Shown: in pieces, positions 28,917 to 39,185 of the stretch
Position numbering within the stretch: position 1 is the first letter of the stretch
How the letters are laid out: every line of letters starts with the position of its first letter
NCBI GenBank assembly: GCA_977020255.1
Contig: CDROCS010001674.1
Coordinates: 186,001-250,000, forward strand
DNA length: 64,000 bases
Source of the DNA: Obrimoposthia wandeli
Lineage: Eukaryota
Direction of reading: 5' to 3'
Position numbers and translations under genes: made by a program
Notes under the pieces: model-generated
What the model saw: the letters and a program-made list of their open reading frames with translations, nothing else
Databases searched by the model: none
What the model was told of the DNA's origin: nothing

Positions 28917-29738
28917 TTACCACCGAGCCTCAGCCAGTTTAAGTAACCGCTCAGGCATCGGTGCTGTCTGGATACTTGAGTAAATGAGCTGTTCGAGCAT
29001 TTTTTCAAGATTGAAGCGCCTATTGAACTTAAAACAGAATTCTCCGAGATAACGAGGTAAATGTTTTTTGTTTATTGCATGGTAAGTACCGTGCATTGAA
29101 TTTTTCACATTACTAATCATTGTGTTGACCCATTGAAAGTAAGGCAATTCTACGCAATCAGCACCGCCGCCAGTGACGATAGCTAGGTGAAAAACATCCG
29201 CTTTTTTAACCCCCTTAAAGCAAGCCAAACCATCAGAAATAACGAGAGATTTAGGTACAAGATTCGCTTTCGCCCAACGCGTTAATTCTTTGGTTTTAAA
29301 ACCTGTTACAACACTAAATCGCATGTTAATTGGGTGACCATCTTCGTTCATTGATACTGCGGCAACGAAAGGACGTACGCCCTCGGGTGCCACGGTGGAC
29401 TCCTCCCCAATAAACATCGTCCAGTTGAATGTAACCATTCAATGGTGTTTCATCATCTCGCTCTTTCATTGTTTGCATCAATTTATGCTTCATACGCCAT
29501 GCCGCGTTACACGAGACAGCTCTAATGCAGAAATACCAAGTTACTGTTTAATGGCAATCTAAGGTGGCAGACGTAACTGATCCTTGCTGTTGGCACTGGT
29601 TACATTGATAAAGTTTTCTTGAGCCACAATGTTCACATAGATCCATCGCATATCAAACAGTCGTTTTCGACATTGCTCTTCAGTACCTAGTTGTGAAATA
29701 AAAGCATGTATTGAAATACTTTTTTGGAATTGGACCTT
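28917..29738 (-). mobile_element. Decayed IS1595-family (ISSod11-like) transposase pseudogene
   Basis: Fragments in shifting frames: KVQFQKSIS...GTEEQC...MRW, CEHCGSRKLYQCNQC, GISALELSR, AWRMKHKLMQ...LDDVYWGG, then PFVAAVS...SDGL...WVNTMISNVK...YLGEFCFKFNRR. Confidence 0.88.
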
Positions 29739-29778
29739 TAGGTGTAGTCAAAATTCAAGTTTTATGTCCGTATTCGGC

Positions 29779-29812
29779 AAAAGCCCTAGCATTTAATGCT
29801 AGGGCCTTTATT
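29779..29812. terminator. Terminator downstream of the deaminase gene
   Basis: GCCCTAGC-atttaat-GCTAGGGC with A/T runs on both sides. Confidence 0.75.
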
Positions 29813-29896
29813 ATATTCGTTGATTAAAGTAAGCCTAAAAAAAGCTGAGCCGTTAATATCAGTTTATAAAGGCAAACTTCTTACTAAATATGCTGA

Positions 29897-31171
29897 TTAA
29901 AAACACGTCTCAACAAACTGGATAACAGAATGTTCATCATCTGATACGCAGAGATACTTCCACTTATCAAAGGTTAAACAAGGGTGAGAGGTTGAAAATG
30001 CAATCATGTCGCCCACTTTCAAATCGACACCGTCGGGTACAGTAACAAAGGTGTGTTGATCCATGATTGCCGTCGCGACTAAGCCTTCAACTGAAATCGT
30101 TTCACCGTTACGGTAACCTCGTTCTGGAATAGGTAAGCCTGCATCAAATGCGACATCCCGTTTACCTAGTCCAATCACCGCTTTATTGGTTTCTGGACGC
30201 GATAAAACATACGCCCATACTTCCAATGCTGATTCTAAGTTACCACCGAGTTCACAAGCGTAGCCGTGGTTTTGTTCTGCGCGCCCCATTACAAGGTTCT
30301 GTGCATCTTCATAAATGCCAGTATCATGAATAACGTAGCAGCCAGGTCTAATAATGGCTGTTAAGTGCTGACAGGCTGCAAAGCTTTCAGCGACTACGTC
30401 ATACCATGCTGAACCTGCGCCAGTAATTATCGGGTTGGTATCTGTAATTAGTTTTTCTTCAGTCAATAATTCAACGGTTTGAATTGTTTGAGCTAAAAAT
30501 TGGCGAATATCTTGCTCTGCGTTATCGCCGTGTATTACTCCTTCATAAACTTCAATACCCGCTAAGTTTAATGCGGGTAGAGTATTTATATGATGGGCTA
30601 ATGTGATGACTTCTTCAGGGGTACGACAACCACATCGACCACCTTCAACACCTGCTTCGATCAATACATTTAAGGTTATTCCTATATCAGCAAAGAACTG
30701 ATTGAGTTGATCGGCGTTATCCGTTGAATCGACACAACAGTAGAAGTTAACACCATTCTGTTGAATAACATTTGCCACCATTTTCATGTTGGCTTTGCCC
30801 ACTAATTGATTCGCCATCATGATGTTTTCAGCACCAGCTTCGGCAGCAGCTTGTACATGTGGTGCAGTGGCGACCGTTAATCCCCATGCGCCAGCTTGTA
30901 GCTGTTGTTCGAAAAATGCTGGCGTCATGGTGGTTTTACCATGTGGCGACAACTTCACTTGATGATGACTGGCGAACGTTTGCATCCACTCCATATTATT
31001 GGTGAGTGCACTTTGTTTAATGACCGCTGCTGGAAGACTGATATCTTCGTTAATTAAGCTGTATTTCCCATCAGGTTTTTCGCTTGACCACACACCTTTG
31101 GTGCCTGGCGAGAATTTTTTGTGATGAGTGTCTTGGTATTTACTAACATGCTTTTTATTTAATTGGTTCAT
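29897..31171 (-). CDS. PLP-dependent D-amino acid deaminase, DSD1/alanine-racemase-like fold (likely D-glucosaminate ammonia-lyase, OngC-like)
   Basis: SPHGKTTM PLP-lysine motif, GRCGCR, GAGSAWYD, HPCLTFDKW; neighbours kdgK and eda. Confidence 0.8.
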   Translation of the reverse strand: MNQLNKKHVSKYQDTHHKKFSPGTKGVWSSEKPDGKYSLINEDISLPAAVIKQSALTNNMEWMQTFASHHQVKLSPHGKTTMTPAFFEQQLQAGAWGLTVATAPHVQAAAEAGAENIMMANQLVGKANMKMVANVIQQNGVNFYCCVDSTDNADQLNQFFADIGITLNVLIEAGVEGGRCGCRTPEEVITLAHHINTLPALNLAGIEVYEGVIHGDNAEQDIRQFLAQTIQTVELLTEEKLITDTNPIITGAGSAWYDVVAESFAACQHLTAIIRPGCYVIHDTGIYEDAQNLVMGRAEQNHGYACELGGNLESALEVWAYVLSRPETNKAVIGLGKRDVAFDAGLPIPERGYRNGETISVEGLVATAIMDQHTFVTVPDGVDLKVGDMIAFSTSHPCLTFDKWKYLCVSDDEHSVIQFVETCF

Positions 31172-31344
31172 TCTTTATTCTCCTAACATGGCTCTCAGGC
31201 CTTGCTGTTATTGCTCTTTGGCGGGTTGATGATATTTGGTATGTTAGAAACTATCAAACATTGAATTGCTTTTTGTGCTGTTTCTCACTGTTTTGGCAAG
31301 GCGATGTGAATAAGATTTGTGGTGTCGAGAGGAAGGTGATAACC

Positions 31345-32208
31345 GTGACTATCGAAGTAGATATTGTTTCAAGAATTACAGAACGTTTCTCGCAATTGCG
31401 AGATGCAGAGAAGAAAGTGGCGAAGCTAGTAATAGACGATTTAGCGTCAGCAGCGAATGCCAGTATTAGCCAATTGGCTGATGAAGCAGGCGTGAGTGAG
31501 GCAACTATTACACGGTTTGCTAAAGCGGTCGGATGTAAAAATGTACGTGATTTAAAAATGAAATTAGCGCAGTCGATTGCAATAGGTCAGCGCTTTATTC
31601 ATGAAAGCCCTGACCAATCAGGCATTCAAGGGGTTTATGAGTCGATCAAAAATGTGATCAACATAAACCGTAAAGTGGTCAACGAAGAAGATATAGCAAC
31701 GGTTGTTGAAATGCTGCAAGGGGCAAGACAAGTGCTGTCGATCGGCATGGGGGGAGGTTCTACTATGTTATCGCAAGAACTGCAGTTTCGTTTATTCCGC
31801 TTAGGATACGCAGTGACAGCTTATAACGATGGCTTACTTGCTCGAATGGTTGCATCAACCGCAGACAGCAGCGATGTAATGGTGGTGATGTCGGCAACAG
31901 GTTATACCCCTGAAGTGGTCGAGCCAGCTTCTATTGCAAAGCAGTATGGATTGAAAGTGATAGCCATTACAGCGCCGAACTCACCATTGGCTGAAATAAG
32001 CGATGTAGTACTGCCTGTTGTGATTCAAGAAACAGATTTTATCTACAAACCATCGGCTTCACGTTACGCAATGATGGCACTGATTGATGTGATATCAACA
32101 GAACTGGCATTAAGTCATAAACGTCGTTCTCGAGACCGATTACGTCGTTTGAAGTTGGCACTTGATAGTCATCGCGGTGGTTTGGATAGGCAGCCTTTAG
32201 GCGATTAA
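31345..32208 (+). CDS. MurR/RpiR-family transcriptional regulator
   Basis: N-terminal HTH (SEATITRFAKAVGC) plus SIS domain (SATGYTPE, KPSASRYA). Confidence 0.9.
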   Translation: MTIEVDIVSRITERFSQLRDAEKKVAKLVIDDLASAANASISQLADEAGVSEATITRFAKAVGCKNVRDLKMKLAQSIAIGQRFIHESPDQSGIQGVYESIKNVININRKVVNEEDIATVVEMLQGARQVLSIGMGGGSTMLSQELQFRLFRLGYAVTAYNDGLLARMVASTADSSDVMVVMSATGYTPEVVEPASIAKQYGLKVIAITAPNSPLAEISDVVLPVVIQETDFIYKPSASRYAMMALIDVISTELALSHKRRSRDRLRRLKLALDSHRGGLDRQPLGD

Positions 32209-32283
32209 ACGCAGTTTGAAGTAACCGTTTTGGCGACATTATTCGAACTGTAAATGTTAACCATTTTAAGTAAAGGAAAACAC

Positions 32284-33726
32284 ATGCAGTTCGATACCGT
32301 ATTCCGGAATGTTCAAGTTGTAGACGGGACTGGTGCCGATGCATACAACGCTGATGTTGCAATAAAAGGGGATCGTATTGCTGCTATCGGTGATCTTGCT
32401 GGCTGCAATACGCAATGCCTAATCGATGGAAAAGGCCAAACGTTAGCGCCTGGTTTTATTGATGTGCATACGCATGATGATACTAACGTCATTCGTTACC
32501 CTGAATGTTTACCTAAGATCAGCCAGGGTGTAACAACCGTAATCGTAGGCAACTGTGGGATCAGTGCTTCACCAGCAATATTAGCGAACGATCCGCCAGA
32601 TCCTATGAACTTATTGGGTCAGAAAGACGATTTTAAATACCCAAGCTTTAAGAGCTATGCCGAAGCCGTTCAACACGCTCAACCTGCGGTGAATGTGGCA
32701 GCATTAGTGGGGCATACCACATTACGCAATAACGAAATGGACGACTTGCACCGCCCAGCGACATCATCTGAAATTGCTCAGATGAAAATCAAGCTGCACG
32801 ACGCAATGTCTCAAGGCGCGTTGGGGTTAAGTTCGGGTTTAGCGTATGCCAGTGCTCAGAAAGCACCAACTGAAGAAGTAATGGCATTGGTGGAAGAATT
32901 AGCCGCATTTGACGGTATTTATACCACGCATATGCGCACTGAATTCGAACAAATTTTAGGTGCGATGGATGAAGCATTCCGCACCGGTAAACACGGTAAA
33001 GTACCCGTCGTTATCTCTCACCTTAAATGTGCAGGGGCGGGCAATTGGGGCCGTACCGTAGAAGTTTTAGATGTAATGGAAAAAACGGCAAAGCACCAAG
33101 ATGTCTCATGTGATTGTTACCCGTATTCTGCGAGTTCATCGACTTTAGACTTAAAGCAAGTAACTGACGAAATAGATATTTTTATTACTTGGTCTGAAAC
33201 GTATCCAGAGCATGCTGGCAAGATGCTAAAGCAAATTTCAATAGAAATGGCACTTCCATTAATGGATGCTGCAAAAAAACTGCAACCTGCAGGTGCTGTT
33301 TATCACTGTATGGATGAAGCCGATGTAGAGCGCGTTTTGAAATACCGTTTAACCATGGTGGGATCAGATGGACTCCCGAATGACCCGCATCCACACCCGC
33401 GGCTTTGGGGCACATTCCCGAAAGTCTTGGGTTATTACAGCCGTGAACGCCAGCTATTTTCTTTGGCTGAAGCGGTTCATAAAATGACGGGGATGTCGGC
33501 AAAACGCTATTGCCTCACTGACCGAGGAGAAATAAAAGAAGGTGCCTACGCTGACCTAGTTTTATTTAACCCAACAGAAATTAAAGATGCAGCCACGTTT
33601 GAAAACCCTATTGCAAAAGCGAAAGGAATCGACGCCGTTATGGTGAATGGCTGCATCAGTTATCAAAAAGGCGAAGTAGACGCGCAGCGTTATGGTCGCT
33701 TTCTTTATCGCCATCAATTCATTTAA
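32284..33726 (+). CDS. N-acyl-D-amino-acid deacylase family amidohydrolase (OngB-like)
   Basis: PGFIDVHTHDD, QGVTTVIVGNCG, THMR, ISHLKC, GSDG, HPRLWGTFP. Confidence 0.9.
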   Translation: MQFDTVFRNVQVVDGTGADAYNADVAIKGDRIAAIGDLAGCNTQCLIDGKGQTLAPGFIDVHTHDDTNVIRYPECLPKISQGVTTVIVGNCGISASPAILANDPPDPMNLLGQKDDFKYPSFKSYAEAVQHAQPAVNVAALVGHTTLRNNEMDDLHRPATSSEIAQMKIKLHDAMSQGALGLSSGLAYASAQKAPTEEVMALVEELAAFDGIYTTHMRTEFEQILGAMDEAFRTGKHGKVPVVISHLKCAGAGNWGRTVEVLDVMEKTAKHQDVSCDCYPYSASSSTLDLKQVTDEIDIFITWSETYPEHAGKMLKQISIEMALPLMDAAKKLQPAGAVYHCMDEADVERVLKYRLTMVGSDGLPNDPHPHPRLWGTFPKVLGYYSRERQLFSLAEAVHKMTGMSAKRYCLTDRGEIKEGAYADLVLFNPTEIKDAATFENPIAKAKGIDAVMVNGCISYQKGEVDAQRYGRFLYRHQFI

Positions 33727-33756
33727 ACCTTAATAAAAAGAAGTTGGAGAAATATT

Positions 33757-34149
33757 ATGACAATCAAACGCTACGGCATCGAAGGCGGAACGGGTACAGG
33801 CGGTCAACATCTTCCATTTGCACGTGCAACGGAAGCGGGTGGTTTCCTCTATGTATCTGGTCAAACACCAATGACAGATGGCGAAGTGATTGAAGGCGGT
33901 ATTGTTGACCAATCTCGTTTAGCAATTCAAAACTGTGTCGACATTATGGAAGAAGCTGGTTATGCCCTGAAAGACGTTGTACACGTAAAAGTAGTACTGA
34001 CAGATTCACGTTACTTCCAGTCGTTTAATAAAGTGTTTAAAGAATTTTTCGGCGAGAACCCACCTGCACGTATTTGTATGGTGTGTGATCTTGTTGTTGA
34101 TGTGAAAGTTGAAGTTGATGTGACGTGCTATCGCGATGATCGCCGTTAA
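33757..34149 (+). CDS. RidA/YjgF family protein
   Basis: LYVSGQTP, FNKVFKEFF...PPAR, VKVEVD. Confidence 0.88.
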   Translation: MTIKRYGIEGGTGTGGQHLPFARATEAGGFLYVSGQTPMTDGEVIEGGIVDQSRLAIQNCVDIMEEAGYALKDVVHVKVVLTDSRYFQSFNKVFKEFFGENPPARICMVCDLVVDVKVEVDVTCYRDDRR

Positions 34150-34455
34150 TCAATAAAAGCTAGGTTCAAAGTAACACTGTAAAAAATAGAAGCTAGCCAG
34201 TGTGCGATGAAGCCAAGATATTCGTTGAGCAAAGACTCATGAAGCGAGTGTGAAGGGCATACTGGTAAGTGAAAGGGTACTGAGGGTAATAGCGTTTAGT
34301 TAAATATTGCCGTACTGCTATGAAATACAAGCAAGAAAAAAAGCTGGCAAAGTACCAGCTTGAAAAATAAATACTGACGGAATCAGTAAATCATGGGGTA
34401 GTTAACGGCTATCCCCAATTAAATAAAAGCAATGACGGATTATAAGAGGTGTGAG

Positions 34456-35946
34456 ATGAACAGTACACTTTTTCTCACCGGTTTCGGTGTGTATGTGGTT
34501 TTTTTAATCTGGTTAGGGTGGTTTGTATCACGTAACCAGAAATCAGGTGAAGACTTTCTACTTGGCGGGCGTAGCCTTCCTTTATTCCTTGTATTAGGTA
34601 CAACTGTCGCAACGATGGTAGGTACTGGTTCAAGTATGGGCGCAGTTGGCTTTGGTTATGCAAATGGTTGGGCTGGTGCGCTTTATGGTATCGGTGGTGC
34701 TCTCGGTATTTTACTGTTGGCAAAATGGTTTGCGCCTGTTCGTGAACTTAACTTTATGACCATGAGTGAAGAACTGGCTTACTATGTTGGTGCAAATAAG
34801 ATTGTTAAGAACGTTGTTGGTGTTCTGATATTTGTGGCTTCAATCGGCTGGTTAGGCGCACACATTCTTGGTGGCGGCATGTACCTAGCGTGGATTGCAG
34901 ATATCGACCTAAATACAGCAAAGCTGATCATTGCAGCTGCGTTTACTATCTATGTCGTTATCGGTGGTTACACTGCTGTGGTATGGACTGACACTATCCA
35001 AGCCGTCATTTTGTTTGCTGGTTTCATTCTTATGGCTGTGATGTCGGTAGATTATATTGGTGGCATGGATAACCTTTATGCTGCGATGGAACCTGCTGCA
35101 ACAAGCTTCTTAGCAATTGATAAATTAGGTATTATTCCTGCAGTATCATTGGCTATGGTTGTGGGTGTAGGTGTACTTGCAACGCCGTCATTCCGCCAGC
35201 GTATTTACTCAGGTAAAGATGTATCGACTATCCGTCGTTCGTTTGTTATCTCTGGTGTTTTATACTTATTCTTCTCTATCATTCCAGCGATTATTGGCAT
35301 GGCTGCTCATGCGATTAACCCTGAATTGAATAACCCTAACTTCTCATTCCCTTATGTTGCAGCAACGGTACTACCTGTTGGTGTTGGCATGATTGTATTG
35401 ATTGCAGGTTTGTCGGCAACAATGTCGAGTGCAAGCTCTGACGCAATTGCGGGTGTCTCTATCTTGATGCGTGATATCTACATCATGTTCATGGGTAAAG
35501 TACCGGCAAAAGATAAGATGGTTTCTTACTCTCGTATTTCGCTGGTGGTTGTGATTGGTTTTGCACTACTGTTCGCACTGACATCGAATGACATTATTGG
35601 CTATATCACTAAAATGATTTCAACGGTTATGTCAGGCATGTTTGTATGCGGCATGTTAGGACGCTTCTGGACTCGTTATAACTGGCAGGGTGCACTTGCA
35701 ACGCTAGCCGGAGCCTCTGTTGCATCATTTGCTATCATGTTTAATGCAGATTGGACCACATTCTGGGGTAACCCGGTTATCCCTTCTGTGCTAACAGCAT
35801 TAGCTGCGGGTGTTGGGGTAAGCCTTGCAACACCTGCAAATACAGTGACTAAAGCAGAAGCAAAAGCCATTCTAGATGCAGAGCGTCAAGCAATGGAACA
35901 AGATGCGGAAGAAACAGTATCGACAAAGCCTGTAATGGCAAAATAA
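34456..35946 (+). CDS. Sodium:solute symporter
   Basis: EDFLLGGR, GGYTAVVWTD, LSATMSSASS; many TM helices. Confidence 0.92.
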   Translation: MNSTLFLTGFGVYVVFLIWLGWFVSRNQKSGEDFLLGGRSLPLFLVLGTTVATMVGTGSSMGAVGFGYANGWAGALYGIGGALGILLLAKWFAPVRELNFMTMSEELAYYVGANKIVKNVVGVLIFVASIGWLGAHILGGGMYLAWIADIDLNTAKLIIAAAFTIYVVIGGYTAVVWTDTIQAVILFAGFILMAVMSVDYIGGMDNLYAAMEPAATSFLAIDKLGIIPAVSLAMVVGVGVLATPSFRQRIYSGKDVSTIRRSFVISGVLYLFFSIIPAIIGMAAHAINPELNNPNFSFPYVAATVLPVGVGMIVLIAGLSATMSSASSDAIAGVSILMRDIYIMFMGKVPAKDKMVSYSRISLVVVIGFALLFALTSNDIIGYITKMISTVMSGMFVCGMLGRFWTRYNWQGALATLAGASVASFAIMFNADWTTFWGNPVIPSVLTALAAGVGVSLATPANTVTKAEAKAILDAERQAMEQDAEETVSTKPVMAK

Positions 35947-36046
35947 TTCACTAAAACTAGATGAAATGCGGGTCTTTGTGATGAGCCGAGACCCGCAATA
36001 TAAATTACTCTTTTAGTACCACTCAAATAAAAATAAAGGTAATAGT

Positions 36047-36967
36047 GTGAAAATTGCATTTTTCGGCGAATGTATGGTTGAATTAAGTGGTCAGCCTCTA
36101 CAGCGTACCTTTGGTGGTGATACCTTAAATACAGCACTTTACCTTTCGAGGCTGGGTGCTTCTCGTCATCATTCTGTTAGCTATGCGACAGCCTTAGGTG
36201 TTGATAAAATCAGTCAGGATATGTTGGCATCTTGGCATGAAGAAAACATAGGAACGGATTTAGTTCGTAAAATTGAAGGCAAGCTGCCTGGTTTGTATTT
36301 GGTTGAAACGGAACCCAATGGTGAACGTCATTTTCATTATTGGCGTAATGACAGTGCTGCAAAATTTTATTTTTCTGAACAGTTGTCGCCACTAGAGCAG
36401 GCGATTGACTCGCATCAATTTGATGCACTATATATTAGTGGTATCAGCCTTGCGATTTTAGCTGAAGACGCCAAAACGGTATTAATTACGTTACTAGAAA
36501 AACACAAAGCTGCTGGGGGAAAAGTGTTGTTCGACAATAACTACCGCCCGCAGTTATGGACAGAAAAACAAGCTCAATACTGGTATGCGCAAGTACTCCC
36601 TTTTGTTGATATTGCATTAATTACTGAAGACGATGATCTTCGCGTATGGGGTAAAACCAATATTGTTGAGCGTTGTAAGCAATATGGTTGTAATGAAGTC
36701 GTGATAAAACGCGGCTGTGAGCCTTGTAAGATTGTCACTAACTTACAATCAGACGTAACAGAAACACGTTATGTGGCTGCCAATAGGGTTGAGCATGTTG
36801 TTGATACTTGTGCCGCAGGTGATTCCTTTGCTGCAGGGTACTTAGCTGGGCGATTAAATGGTGAATCAGCGTCGTCATCAGCCTCGCTTGGTCATCGCTT
36901 AGCCTCGACAGTGATTCAATATCCAGGAGCGATTATTCCGCTCGATGCAATGAAAGATATTTTGTAA
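36047..36967 (+). CDS. kdgK: 2-keto-3-deoxygluconate kinase
   Basis: FGECMVEL, GGDTLNTA, FDNNYRP, PfkB signature DTCAAGDSFAAG. Confidence 0.9.
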   Translation: MKIAFFGECMVELSGQPLQRTFGGDTLNTALYLSRLGASRHHSVSYATALGVDKISQDMLASWHEENIGTDLVRKIEGKLPGLYLVETEPNGERHFHYWRNDSAAKFYFSEQLSPLEQAIDSHQFDALYISGISLAILAEDAKTVLITLLEKHKAAGGKVLFDNNYRPQLWTEKQAQYWYAQVLPFVDIALITEDDDLRVWGKTNIVERCKQYGCNEVVIKRGCEPCKIVTNLQSDVTETRYVAANRVEHVVDTCAAGDSFAAGYLAGRLNGESASSSASLGHRLASTVIQYPGAIIPLDAMKDIL

Positions 36968-36980
36968 GGAACAGAAGTTA

Positions 36981-37613
36981 ATGTCTCACCAACTCATTGA
37001 AAAATTAAAAGCATTTAAAGTTATTCCGGTTATTCAAATCAACAATATTGAGCAAGCCGTACCTTTAGCTAAAACACTTGTAGAAAACGGTTTACCCGTT
37101 GCTGAAGTGACGTTTAGAACAGAAGCCGCCGCTGAAGCTATTCGTTTAATGCGTGAAGCATACCCACAAATGTGCATTGGTGCGGGAACAGTACTGAATG
37201 CAGAACAAGTTGATCGTGCAGTTGAAGCGGGTGCTGAGTTTGTTGTTGCACCTGGCTTAAACCCGAATACAGTGCGTTATTGCCAAGAAATTAATATTCC
37301 GATGGTACCGGGTGTTAATAACCCAAGCCAAGTAGAGCAAGCATTAGAGCTTGGATTAACATTCTTGAAGTTTTTCCCAGCAGAAGCGTCTGGTGGTATC
37401 AACATGGTTAAGTCGTTGCTTGCACCGTATGTTGATGTATCTTTTATGCCAACAGGTGGTATTGGCGAAGCAAATATCCGTGATTACTTAGCAGTTGATC
37501 GTATTCTTTGCTGTGGCGGCACATGGATGGTTTCACCTAAGATGATTGAAGCTGGTCAATGGGATGAAATTGGCAAACTTGTACGTGATGCAGTAACACT
37601 CGTACAAGATTAA
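36981..37613 (+). CDS. eda: KDPG/KHG aldolase
   Basis: AEVTFRT, GAGTVLN, KFFPA, PTGGI, CGGTW. Confidence 0.92.
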   Translation: MSHQLIEKLKAFKVIPVIQINNIEQAVPLAKTLVENGLPVAEVTFRTEAAAEAIRLMREAYPQMCIGAGTVLNAEQVDRAVEAGAEFVVAPGLNPNTVRYCQEINIPMVPGVNNPSQVEQALELGLTFLKFFPAEASGGINMVKSLLAPYVDVSFMPTGGIGEANIRDYLAVDRILCCGGTWMVSPKMIEAGQWDEIGKLVRDAVTLVQD

Positions 37614-37655
37614 GACGTGTAGCATAAAGTGACGTGCGTTATTGAGCACTAATAT

Positions 37656-37692
37656 AAAAAGCCTCTGTCTAGTAAATAGTCAGAGGCTTTTT
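37656..37692. terminator. Bidirectional terminator
   Basis: AAAAAGCCTCTG...CAGAGGCTTTTT. Confidence 0.8.
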
Positions 37693-37723
37693 AACATTGA
37701 ATGATTGTGAAATTAGGCGAGGG

Positions 37724-38503
37724 CTAAAACGTACATTGAGTTACTTTACCATCAGCGCTAAATGTAACATCTAAGGTCTGAAATAAAGGGGATTCACTGG
37801 TAAACGTTGCGATACAGGTACTCTTGTCGATATTCGCATTGTTCTTCTCACCATGAGCCACAATAACGTCTAACCCTTTAATTGTTGATGTTAACTGTCG
37901 CGTTACCGTTTCAGAAAATTGGCTGATTAAGATGATTTTATTGATACCGTTAGTTTGTAGGCGATCCACCGTATGACGAATAATCGCTAGATCTTTTGAG
38001 TCAGGTTCAGCTCCCGCAATCTTACTTTGATTAATCAGAGATAAATAGGCGATATCTTCACCGTTAAATGATTGGGTATAAGTATCTGCACGGGTTTTAT
38101 TTGGGTTATATGCATAGATATTATTACCTGATTGCGATAATCCAAAATCAATATTACTGGCTAAAATAGGCTTAGTTTTAGCCAACGTGTTGCCATACTT
38201 CTCGATACTTTCAGGTGCTAGTACTAGAGCCGTAATATAAGAAAAGTTAGGTGTTATCTCTGTTTTGTTGAGATCTTGATCTGAGTAGAATGCGATGAAG
38301 TCAGCATTGTTATTATCTGCCACTTTTTCGGCATCTTGTATTTGTTTAGATAGCCATGTTTCTATCGATTTTAAAGGCGTTAATGAAGGTACTTGAGTCA
38401 AAAAGCTAATAGTAACTGATACTGGTTGGTGATGGTTTTGCGGTGCGCATGCTGAAAGTGCAATAACAACCATGGTGATTAGACCAAAGGTTAGCTTTTT
38501 CAT
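37724..38503 (-). CDS. Lipoprotein with a degenerate 5'-nucleotidase/metallophosphoesterase-like fold
   Basis: Lipobox LSAC; PILASNI, GINKIILISQF and GLDVIVAHG echo UshA-type segments without their metal ligands. Confidence 0.5.
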   Translation of the reverse strand: MKKLTFGLITMVVIALSACAPQNHHQPVSVTISFLTQVPSLTPLKSIETWLSKQIQDAEKVADNNNADFIAFYSDQDLNKTEITPNFSYITALVLAPESIEKYGNTLAKTKPILASNIDFGLSQSGNNIYAYNPNKTRADTYTQSFNGEDIAYLSLINQSKIAGAEPDSKDLAIIRHTVDRLQTNGINKIILISQFSETVTRQLTSTIKGLDVIVAHGEKNNANIDKSTCIATFTSESPLFQTLDVTFSADGKVTQCTF

Positions 38504-38528
38504 TAATAAACCTAGATAACAAAGAAAG

Positions 38529-38544
38529 TGTGATGTAGATCTCT
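38529..38544. promoter_or_regulatory. CRP-like site upstream of the lipoprotein gene
   Basis: TGTGA-TGTAGA-TCTCT, 8/10. Confidence 0.4.
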
Positions 38545-38792
38545 ATTTTGCGCTATCTGATGAAAAGTAACAATATTTGAAGCGTTAATATTTACACCTA
38601 AAAGGCTAAGAATATTTTTAAACAACTATTTGTAAATAAAAGATAAAGGCTTTCGATTTCGGTATGTGTTTAGATTTGTTTGAAAATAACCGTGTGAGAA
38701 CTAGTTACTGTTTGATTAATAGGCGGTTGATTGTTATTTTTTGCGTTTTGGATGCAAAGTAATCAAACGATCAAAATAATATGATTTTGATG

Positions 38793-38827
38793 TTGACTCA
38801 TACTGAGCAATCAGTAGAATGCAGCCC
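38793..38827 (+). promoter_or_regulatory. Sigma70 stable-RNA promoter of the tRNA operon
   Basis: -35 TTGACT, 16-bp spacer, -10 TAGAAT, GC-rich discriminator GCAGCCC. Confidence 0.8.
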
Positions 38828-38909
38828 ATACCGCAACGGGGCAACCCATTAACGGTTAGCGATTGAAAGATTGCTTAATTCTTTAAGATGTTTTGGCATT
38901 AAAGAATAT

Positions 38910-38983
38910 GGCGCGTTGGCAGAGTGGCTATGCAGCGGATTGCAAATCCGTGTACCTCGGTTCGACTCCGGGACGCGCCTCCA
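38910..38983 (+). tRNA. tRNA-Cys (GCA)
   Basis: 74-nt cloverleaf, anticodon GCA, TTCGA T-loop, CCA end. Confidence 0.97.
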
Positions 38984-39003
38984 TTATTCCTTGAGAATAA
39001 TAT

Positions 39004-39079
39004 GCGACACTAGCTCAGCTGGTAGAGCGCAACCTTGCCAAGGTTGAGGTCACGAGTTCGAGCCTCGTGTGTCGCTCCA
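39004..39079 (+). tRNA. tRNA-Gly (GCC)
   Basis: 76-nt cloverleaf, acceptor stem GCGACAC/GTGTCGC, anticodon GCC, CCA. Confidence 0.96.
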
Positions 39080-39185
39080 AATTTTGTACTAACGGTCACG
39101 TTACATTGGCAGATCGTTATTAAGATGGTGTCTAACCGCTTTTTATAAAGCACATTGGTTGGAGCATCGCAATAAAGAATTGCGT

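Noticed and set aside
28917-29438. 173-aa ORF as an active transposase
   Set aside because: It is only the 3' part; the upstream coding sequence is frameshifted and truncated.
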